Shown one piece after another: positions 53,547 to 64,000 of a stretch of DNA of 64,000 nt. The DNA is taken from assembly GCA_964016885.1 (NCBI GenBank), contig OZ024741.1, positions 365,924,001 through 365,988,000 on the forward strand, in the 5' to 3' direction. Source of the DNA: Eledone cirrhosa. Taxonomy: Eukaryota. Each line of letters begins with the position of its first letter. Position 1 is the stretch's first letter. The notes under the pieces were generated by a model. The model saw nothing but the letters and a program-made list of their open reading frames with translations, searched no databases and was not told where the DNA came from. Made by a program: the position numbers and the translations under genes.

Positions 53547-53604
53547 ACTGCTATATATATATTTCGATGATAGCCATTGAATGGCTATGACCTCATCAGG
53601 CAGT
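53547..53604 (-). ncRNA. Type I hammerhead ribozyme
   Basis: actgc CTGATGA ggtcatagccat tca atggctatcatc GAAAT atatat ATA gcagt; diverged relative of 11326 with stem II pairing preserved. Confidence 0.85.
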
Positions 53605-54737
53605 TAGTCAGTTCTTAGATATGCCAGCTCTGTGTTTATAGTGTTGATGGTATCAGAACCTTGGGACATATGAGCTTGTTAGGAATAATTTAATGTTGTC
53701 AGCAGGAATAGTCTTAATTCTCATTGGTCAGTTTGTAGATGCTAGTAGGGTTGGTATTTGACCTCAAAGAGGCAGGTGGTGTTGTAAAGTTCAAACCGTC
53801 AGGCAAGATGACAATAGTTCCATATGACTGATTTTCACAAAAAGCATTCCTGGTCAGATATATATTGAATTAAGGTTAATAGTATGAAATAGATACTACA
53901 GGTCATTCTTAAATTGAGGATTTTATGTGGAGTGGTGCTACTGAAAATTATGGTTAGAGTAGAAAATTTACAAATAAAAAGACTTATATAGGTTGGCTTG
54001 CACGTACACTCACACGCACCTCCACAGACACACACACACATCCACACATACAAATTGAGGAATTAATGTGGGGTGGTAATACTTAAAATAATGGTTAGAG
54101 TCCAATACTTAGATAGTTTAGAAAATTTAAAAATAAAAGGTTAGAGATAGATTCGCACTCATTAGGTACCGGGTTTGATCACACCACGTGGTATTTTGGG
54201 CCGGTGGTATGTAATATAGATATCCAGGGAGTGTAAGGTGAAGTTACTGTCATTACAACAGCAGCGCTTTTGATTCCAGAGTCGAGCCATATCGAGACAG
54301 ATCCACCTTGAGCTGAAAAATAGCGAAACGCGCGTCACCAAGCAATGGACGTCCTTGTATTATATATATATAGAGAGAGAAAGAGAGAGAGAGTCCTGGT
54401 TATCTGGTTGAGCTATGCTGACGATTGAAATCCAACCGTGACCATCTCCACTGAAAGTTTTCATGAAATAGTCTTTAAGACTATACAGAGCATTTGATGT
54501 TTTTCCAAATTGAAGGATAAGTATTTTAGACTTCATTTTATCATGAGTTAAGGCTCTATTGATTTTTCCCTGGATTTCACTAAATTCTGTGGAAGAATTT
54601 ATATCCTGATTCTCTTTTGAGATGAGTTTGAATTATTTTTCCTACATCTTACGTTAACTATTTTTCCCATCTTGACGCCATAGTCGCATATATGTTATGG
54701 AATACTGTTAGCTTCTCGCTACAACAATTTCTATACC

Positions 54738-54894
<157 letters not shown>

Positions 54895-55369
54895 TGTTAT
54901 TCTTTCAATTTCTAAAATTTTAATTTTCATTACACCATTTCATCTGTACTTACACTCTTACATCGCTCTATACCCAGGCTTCTATAAGCCCTATTTTCTT
55001 CTTCCTCTCTCTATATATATGTATCTTTACATTTTCAACACAACTCAATAGGCCATTTGGGAAATCGCATCGAATGCCAGAAAGTTCCCCAGAGAGTTAA
55101 CAAGGACTTACAAGAACTAATATCAATAACAACGTAATGGAAACATTTGCATTATTAACGAACATCAAGCAACAATGAAGTTTTTCAAATTTATCTGATT
55201 GTACCAAGTAGTTCCTTTCATTTTCTACTATATGTATATATATATGTAGGAGGTGAGTTTTATTGTAGCACAATAAAGCAATGCAAATATCGGATAAGTA
55301 GCACTCAACAGTTTATAGGACTGTAGTATAAATAATATGAAATCAAAAGATGGTTAAAAGAGCTCCATG

Positions 55370-55436
55370 TATTTTATTATGCGCATTTCAAAAACAAATA
55401 TCATCATGGGATTCATCGTTCTAATCAGATAAAATA
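55370..55436 (-). ncRNA. Degenerate hammerhead ribozyme (G8>U)
   Basis: tattttat CTGATTA gaac..ttttt GAAAT gcgc ATA ataaaata. Confidence 0.55.
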
Positions 55437-56157
55437 ATAAATAAACGCACGGATTTATTTTCGCTCTGCTTGCATAAATCCCATAGAACTTTCCATAAAG
55501 TATACAGCTAATATCTTACTACCTAATTAGTTTTAAATTTTTTTTTCTCAAACACTTTTATATTTTTTACAAATATACCCATCTTTCTACCTTATTTCAG
55601 TATATTATACAATATTACTCATACTAATTTTCTTCTTTCTTTAATTCCTAATCTTTAATCTGCAACTATTACTTCTTAATTACTTCTTAATGCATCTTAT
55701 AACTCACTATAGCGTTTTCCTTATATTCTCGGCCGTACAAATTTTTATTTTTAATATATACTAATATTACCATTACAGAAATTTTGTAAACATATTTTTT
55801 TGACGTTATATATTTTTTCTTCCTTGAATTTTTTCTTTCTTCTCTCCTTCCATGCTCCTATTAAATCTATTATTTACTTTTTCCTATTACAATATATAGA
55901 AACAAACTTGGACCCTAATTAATTCCTCTAAGTTCATAATTCATATTAATCTTATCTTCATTCACCTTATCTTCTTAATATATTTTATTTTAATAATACA
56001 TTTTAATAAATTCCTTTTCGCACATCTTATTGGCAGAGGCAGTGATTTTCTCAATGGCTTGGAATTCAGTCCACGCTTCGCTATTTCCTATCCACTGAAT
56101 TATATTTTAATAAGTTTCTAGTGTCCTCGCTTTGCCTGGAAACGTACATGAGAATAG

Positions 56158-56240
56158 ACTTTCCTGACGACGGAATGCTTCTCTGTATTATTCTTCGGAA
56201 AATATATTTACTCCATTCCAGAAACTAATTAGTTGGAAGT
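56158..56240 (+). ncRNA. Type I hammerhead ribozyme, unit 1
   Basis: actttc CTGACGA c ggaatg..cattcc a GAAAC taatta GTT ggaagt. Confidence 0.75.
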
Positions 56241-56680
56241 GATATTTTAGTATGTAAGTTAATTTTATAATTTTCTTATTTTACGTCTCTTATATTATTG
56301 TTCTGTAACCCCATGCATTGAACCACACTGTTATTAAGACAAAACCTATATATTTGCTAGCATTGATATGCATCTGTATGTATATATATGTTACTAGATA
56401 TGAATTCTTTATTATTATCTCCAAATTATTTGTCGAGCAATATTGGCCATGACTGCTGCTACGGTTGTAGGCAGGCCGCTGTCTTATTAGCAAACCACTT
56501 TCCACTGATTGACCTCGATGTCACGTGTACGATTCTTTTTGAATTTGCCACAGACGTAGAGGCAGTGATTTTCTCAATGGCTTGGAATTCAGTCCATGCT
56601 TCGCTATTTCCTATCCACTGAATTATTTTTTAATAAGTTTCCAGTGTCCTCGCTTTGCCTGGAAACTTACATGAGAATAG

Positions 56681-56763
56681 ACTTTCCTGACGACGGAATG
56701 CTTCTCAATATTATTCTTCGGAAAATATATTTACTCCATTCCAGAAACTAATTAGTTGGAAGT
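56681..56763 (+). ncRNA. Type I hammerhead ribozyme, unit 2
   Basis: Same as unit 1. Confidence 0.75.
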
Positions 56764-57203
56764 GATATTTTAGTAAGTAAGTTAATTTTATAATTTTCTT
56801 ATTTTACGTCTCTTATATTATTGTTCTGCAACCCCATGCATTGAACCACACTGTTATTAAGACAAAACCTATATATTTGCTAGCATTGATATGCATCTGT
56901 ATGTATATATATGTTACTAGATATGAATTCTTTATTATTATCTCCAAATTATTTGTCGAGCAATATTGGCCATGACTGCTGCTACGGTTGTAGGCAGGCC
57001 GCTGTCTTATTAGCAAACCACTTTCCACTGATTGACCTCGATGTCACGTGTACGATTCTTTTTGAATTTGCCACAGACGTAGAGGCAGTGATTTTCTCAA
57101 TGGCTTGGAATTCAGTCCACGCTTCGCTATTTCCTATCCACTGAATTATTTTTTAATAAGTTTCCAGTGTCCTCGCTTTGCCTGGAAACTTACATGAGAA
57201 TAG

Positions 57204-57285
57204 ACTTTCCTGACGACGGAATGCTTCTCAATATTATTCTTCGGAAAATATATTAATCCATTCCAGAAACTAATTAGTTGGAAGT
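57204..57285 (+). ncRNA. Type I hammerhead ribozyme, unit 3
   Basis: Same as unit 1. Confidence 0.75.
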
Positions 57286-57511
57286 GATATTTTAGTAAGT
57301 AAGTTAATTTTATAATTTTCTTATTTTACGTCTCTTATATTATTGTTCTGCAACCCCATGCATTGAACCACACTGTTATTAAGACAAAACCTATATATTT
57401 GCTAGCATTGATATGCATCTGTATGTATATATATGTTACTAGATATGAATTCTTTATTATATATATATATATATATATGAAAATTGCAAACTTGACTGTC
57501 ACCACAGAATA

Positions 57512-57550
57512 TGAACCTGAAGATTGCGAAAGCATGAAAGTACTTGTTCA
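57512..57550 (+). ncRNA. Minimal type I hammerhead ribozyme
   Basis: tgaac CTGAAGA t tgc gaaa gca t GAAAG ta CTT gttca. Confidence 0.8.
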
Positions 57551-57701
57551 ATTAAAACTTAACATTTAATATTCTACCATACTATTTCATTCTAATACCA
57601 TTATAAATTTTAAAAGAATGTAAATAAAACGAGTAAATCAGACAAAGTTGGAATTCCTTTTATTAATATAATCTTCTATACACAATGATACACACCCGTC
57701 T

Positions 57702-57844
<143 letters not shown>

Positions 57845-58519
57845 CATATATATATACATATACATACATATATATATATATACATACATACATACATATA
57901 TATATAAATATATATATGTGTGTGTGTGTGCGTATGTGTCTGTGTCTGTGTGTGTGGGTGTGTGTGTGTGTGTATTGATTAAAAGTTTTCCTCGCTTGTT
58001 CCTGAAAATACCACTGGAAAACACGTTTATCATGAGAGGTTTTTTATCTTTATTTTTTCCTGCCATTTTAGTTTTTCTACAGTAGATGCACTCGCTAACC
58101 TCACCATTTCCAGTGTTTATTATAAGGTCGATATAACCTAATATACGACTATTAATTTTTTAAGTATATTTCCATGTGTGTATGCATGCTTGTGTGTGGG
58201 TATTTGTACATGAATACATATTAACACATACACATACATACATATATATACATGGTTTACCAAAAAATGTATACACATATCAACAGCATTCTAATGAAAG
58301 TGTGTATCGATTTTTGTGGGACACTTTATACATACATATATACATATATATTTATATATGTATATATATACACGCCAATAAAGTCATATATATATATATA
58401 GTGAAAAATGGAACGGGAACAAAACAGAGAGGCAGTACGAACAAAGGTTTATTAGTTTCACGCTCTTGAGAGTGGGGGGGGGGGCGTTTCGAGCATAAGC
58501 CCTTCTTCAGGGAAAAGTG

Positions 58520-60801
58520 TGTGGGAATTATGAACGAACTATCACATGTCGACTGGTCTTTTACACACGCACACACTTCCACCAACATCAAAACATCTTG
58601 GCAGATCTTTGTAGACACTGCCACAAATATATGTACAAAACACACCCCACCAAAACCTGTGAACAAAACCAAGTGCAGTATCCCCCATAACAGAAAAACA
58701 ATTATCAGAAAAATAAAAATAACATACAAAAAAATTAACACACTAAAATACTGCCAACAAAAAAATTAACACACTAAAATACTGCCAACAGCAACACACA
58801 CAATCAATGGCTATCACCCTGCTTGAGTAAAAAAAATATAAACTCCAGCAATGCATGATGACCAACATCAATAACCAGGGAATAGCTGAAGAGAGGTGGG
58901 CCATTGAGAAAATAAAACTCAACCCCAAAGTGTTCTTCTCATTCGCTAAAAAACACAAGGTCACTGTCTCCACTGTTGGCCCCCTAGTTGATGAAAGTGG
59001 CACACTCCAGCACAATGCCAACACCATGGGCGGGATACTGCAGAAACAATACTGCTCTGTTTTCAGCAACCCTGATATGGCCGATCTGGGCTGTATCAGT
59101 GATATTAACCCCCAACACACTATATCAGACATAACGTTTGGCGCCCCTGATGTCTTAGCGGCAATAAAAGAAATTAAACACAATTCAGCAGTAGGCCCCA
59201 ACAGGTTCCCTGCTTGTGTCCTGAACGTGTGTCGACACCAACTTGCAACTCCTCTTGCTAATCTGTGGAGGAACTCACTGGACACTGGCGATATTCCTGA
59301 AAACTTTCTGTCCCAGTCCGTTGTCCCAGTCTTCAAAAAGGGAAATAAGTCCCTTGCAGTGAACTACCGTCCGATCTCACTCATCTCTTATATTATCAAG
59401 GTATTTGAGAGGGTGGTGAGATCACGAATAACCCACTTTCTTGAAAGCAACGGCCTGCTGAACTCCAACCAACATGGATTCCGTAATGGAAGGGACTGCC
59501 TAACGCAGCTCCTGCATCACTTTGACGATGTTTTGAGAGCTTTGGGAGAGGGCTCCAACACTGATGTCATCTACCTTGATTTCAGCAAGGCCTTCGACAG
59601 TGTTGATCATAAGATTCTACTGAAAAAACTATCCAATGTTGGTGTCTCTGGAAGGTTACTACAGTGGATCAAATGTTTCCTGACAGGCAGAAACCAGCAT
59701 GTTGTAGTCGAAGGAGTAAAATCAAGCCCTGCCAAAGTCAGCAGTGGCGTCCCACAAGGCACTGTGTTGGGCCCACTTCTTTTCATCTACATTAATGACA
59801 TTACTGACATCATCAAACACAACAACATTAGAATCTTCGCAAATGTTTCCAAGCTCCAAAGGGTCATCAATGAGGTGGGTGACCGGTCCTGCCTTCAGTC
59901 AGACCTACTGGCTGTTATCCAATGGGCAGAAAAGAACCATATGCTGTTGAATGAGGATACATTTGAACTAATCCACTTTGGAAAAAAGTATGCCCTGAAA
60001 CTACCATACTCTCTTCCTTCGGGTGAAACTCTAGTGGCTTCCAATAACATCAGAGACCTGGGAGTAATTGTGGACAACAATATAAGCTGGGCCACTCATA
60101 TAAACAGAAAAGTTGATATGGCCCGCAGAATGTGTTCCTGGATTTTCAGAACTTTCTAGTCGAGAGATATCCACACTGTTGTCCTGCTCTTCTCCACTTT
60201 TGCCCGACTCCACATTGAATATTGTTGTCGACTGTGGTCACCCCACACGAAACAAAGTATCATGAAAGTTGAAGCACCCCAAAGGTCAATTACAAAAAAG
60301 TTAGTTGGCATGATAGGCCTTGACTATTGGGGTCGATTAGAAAAGCTCAAACTTTATTCTCTTCAACGTCGCCGTGAGCGCTACATTATCTGTATGATGT
60401 GGAAAATATTCCATCAGGTTAGCCCAAATGATGTTGGCATCACCTTTAGTGTACACCCAAGGCTTGGGCCCCGTGCTATCCGCCCACGACAAAAATCCCA
60501 CTCGCATCATATAACAACAATACGGCACAATTATTTCACCTCAATTGGCCCTGCACTCTTTAACATTACACCAAAACACATCAAAGCAGAGACAGACCCC
60601 ATCAAGTTCAAGAAGTCTTTGGTTAAATTCCTTCAAGAAATCCCGGATAAGCCTCCTACACCCGGATATGCCTCCGTAAACAATAACTCTCTGCTCGAGT
60701 GGGCCATGTGCCCAAACACTGATTTGTAAGACTTCGCCAGGTGGTGCTATTAAGTTAGACATGGCCTGGGCCAATACTGGCCGAAACCTATCAAAGTAAG
60801 T
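58520..60801 (+). mobile_element. CR1-group LINE, 5'-truncated
   Basis: ORF2 remnant, short 3' UTR ending AAGTAAGT; follows a degenerate HHR fragment at 58484-58513 (-). Confidence 0.85.
58855..60729 (+). pseudogene. LINE ORF2 reverse transcriptase, inactivated
   Basis: NYRPISL, QHGFR, YLDFSKAFD, SGVPQGTVLGP, catalytic FADD mutated to FANV, RDLGV, in-frame stop at 60157, LYSLQRRRER. Confidence 0.9.
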
Positions 60802-61171
60802 TAACATCTGAGCATACCCAAGACATTCAGTAGAAATTTAATGTAGGGAAAGTCTGGTATTTTGAATTACTGGTACACCTCATTTTTGCCAGTCGAATAT
60901 GCTAAAGCAATGCGAAATAAAATGTCATGCTCAAGAACACAACTTGCTGTCAGGATTTAGCAGAAATTAATAAGCGGGGGATAGATTTAGAATAAGAGCA
61001 GCGCAGATGGAAAAAATCTGAAAAATTAATAAGCGGAGTTAACGATTATTTGAGACCCGAGAGTGTGTATGTTTATATATATACCATCCATTTCCACATA
61101 CGCTGAAGAATCAAACGAAAGCATACAGACTCACACACACACACACACACACATACACACACACATACACA

Positions 61172-61247
<76 letters not shown>

Positions 61248-62144
61248 TAGACACACACACATAAATAAATATTTGTGTGTTTGTGTGTGTGTGTGTACAT
61301 GTATGTGTGTGTGTATGTCTGTGTGTTTGTATGTCTGTGTGTGTGTATGAGTGTGTGTGTGTGTGTGTGTATGTATGTGTGTGTAGGAGCGAACCCGTGT
61401 GCTTTCATTTGATTCCTCACCACATGCGAAAATGTATGTTATCGTTAATTATATTACTGGAAAATACCGCCAAAACATGGATCTCTAGCTTTAGGACACG
61501 ATCATAAAATATCGTTATATAACAGAGCTTTGATGTTTATCAACCTAATAGAATTAAGATAGTATTTTGCTTAAACTATCTCTACTTATCTGGTATATAA
61601 AGTGTGGTTATCACAGATCTATTGCCACTCAAATCCCTTAAGTATTTCTATAACACTTTCATTTTGGTTGTGCGACACATCTAACAATGTTTCCTCAATA
61701 CATGAAACCCAGGATTTTTGAAATATCCAGTTAGACCTCGTAGAGTTTACACTTTGTTACCATATTACAAACGAAGCAATGTCTATAATTTTCAAATCCT
61801 TTAAAAGATAGTCAAGTATTTTTAAAGTCTTAGTAAAAAAACATCGTTTTCATTATTAAACCGGTGTTTTGGAGAACAAATTGTACAGAGGTATTTAGAT
61901 AAAATTATGTTGGAAGGTTTTATATAAATGTAAGCATTTAAAACAACCAATAACTTGTCTCAAGCAATTTTGTTTCAAAAGGGGTCCTTCTATATCAGAG
62001 GAACAGTACAAGCATGTTCCAAATATAAACCATTGTAATATTGTAAATATATATAAACAGTCTGTGCGAAATTATATAAATACACACATACAAACACGCA
62101 CAAACACACACACATAGTTGATATGTTTTCATACCTGACATTTG

Positions 62145-62203
<59 letters not shown>

Positions 62204-62243
62204 ATATATGTATATATGTGTGTGTGTGTGTAAAAATAAATAT

Positions 62244-62328
<85 letters not shown>

Positions 62329-62644
62329 CATATATATATACAAATGAGAGGTATCAAAACATATCAACTATGTTTCGTTTTTGTGCTTCTTAATAAAAAA
62401 AAAAGCTCAATGGACTTTGTGTAGAGCTATAATAATTCTAACGTAAAATATATATAGAGAGAGAAAAAGGACCATATAGCCAGGAGAATACACATTCTAT
62501 TGTAAATATACAAAGCACATATTTCAAAGAAAAATATGTACTCCAGATGGAAATATGTTTCCATCTGGAGTACTTATTTTTCTTTGAAATATGTGCTTTG
62601 TATATATACAATATATTGTATATACTCTTATATATATACCGTCC

Positions 62645-62684
<40 letters not shown>

Positions 62685-62740
62685 CCTTTTACTTTTGAAT
62701 TATAATTATATATATATATATATATGTGTGTGTATGTATA

Positions 62741-62811
<71 letters not shown>

Positions 62812-63883
62812 ATATAAAGTGATTTTCCGTTGTATATTAACCGTTAGCCAGTTATTTAAAGAAGCGAACCTGCATCAGAGAATTGGTTTCGTTCAAGGTG
62901 TCAATATCTATAGGTCGTTGAAATACCTATACTCAATAAATAGATAATTTTGAAAATGAGAGATGTTAGAACGTGTAACGTAAGGTTTGTGCTAATTTTA
63001 ATGGCTTCCAATTACATTTGTTCTATACGTGATGCAACGTAGCCGATGCCTGATCAGACATAGCGGAATTCAATCACCGATTTCTGTCCAATTTGATACC
63101 TACATATGCTATGTATCTAAATATATACACACGTATACACACATCAACATAAATCCACACATGATACACTAACACAACACATGCACGTACATTAATATAT
63201 CTAATCAAGGAGAGAATCCATACAATAACCCATATAACAAAGGACTAAACGCAGAGATGTTTAAGAGCTAGATATTAGTAAAATCGCAATGGTGCGGGGT
63301 CGGGGCACTCCATATCGGCTAGCCTGAAAGCTTTCTGGCTTTGAACTATTTATGCAGTTAAAACACTTCAAAACCGGCAAAGTTTGCAGGTCAGCTGAAA
63401 CGAGCTGGACACTTTGTTGCGGTTTTAATAATTATTTATTATATCAACTCTGTGTCTATATATCCATGAGCTATGACACTGATCTGTGATCTTATAGGTA
63501 TTCACGTAGCCCTATTAATTAGAGTGAAGGGTTTGCAATCGAAATGTGATGAGCTTGATATTGAACCTGGCGGTGCCTTATGTTCTTGAACAAATCACAT
63601 AATTCCACGTTACTCAAGCCCACAAAATGAGCTGCAACGACACCGGTGGCTCGCTGTATCAGCCGATGCCTTTTCAATGATTAAGAGGGGTGATGTGTAG
63701 TGAGGAGAATGACATGCTTGAGTGACTGCCGCTCTTCCATATAACACACTGTCCGTGCTAATGTCTTTCTAACTTAAAGTCCATGGCCAGTCATGCCCGA
63801 GGAGTGCTTTAAATACACACACACATACACACACACGCACACACGCACACACACACACACATACACACACACGCACACACGCA

Positions 63884-63939
<56 letters not shown>

Positions 63940-64000
63940 TATATATATATATATATATATGTTAGCGTTAGCCAAGAATATATCAACTAACCCACGTAAT

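Larger units (their letters stand above)
56035..57460 (+). repeat. 523-bp tandem repeat (~2.7 units), one HHR per unit; retrozyme / tandem pLTR
   Basis: CTGACGA at 56164, 56687 and 57210 (spacing 523); near-identical units; ends in (TA)n. Confidence 0.9.

Noticed and set aside
56290-57144. Repeated 71-aa and 77-aa ORFs
   Set aside because: By-product of the 523-bp repeat; overlapping on opposite strands with no recognisable motif
58855-60159. Active reverse transcriptase gene
   Set aside because: Catalytic DD replaced (FANV), premature stop, and no endonuclease domain
61095-61130. CTGAAGA..GAAAG as a hammerhead
   Set aside because: Stems I and II do not pair

Overview
Eukaryotic, AT-rich, microsatellite-dense intergenic or intronic DNA, most likely from an octopus or other coleoid cephalopod (inferred from the SINE families and repeat landscape). 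No intact host gene is evident, and most ORF-track entries are translated microsatellites. The window is a transposon graveyard dominated by Penelope-like elements (PLEs: Naiad-type and Neptune-type RT/GIY-YIG fragments) and their non-coding pseudo-LTR (pLTR) derivatives, nearly all abutting (TA)n. Reading both strands by eye gives about 26 complete-looking type I hammerhead ribozyme (HHR) motifs from roughly 15 sequence families, plus about 10 degenerate ones. These include a 523-bp tandem retrozyme-like array, a U3-A8 core variant, and recurrent U.U/NUU variants. Many insertions share one architecture: an inverted copy of the 3' end that stops just before a terminal ~60-120 nt tail, which usually carries an ACTC...YGAGYRC motif. 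Also present are tRNA-type SINEs (including three serial insertions into one 15-bp site), CR1-, RTE-, CRE-, R4/Dong- and HERO-like LINE remnants, a Gypsy pol remnant, non-autonomous Helitrons and two MITEs. All structures were folded manually, TE boundaries are approximate, and no searches were run.
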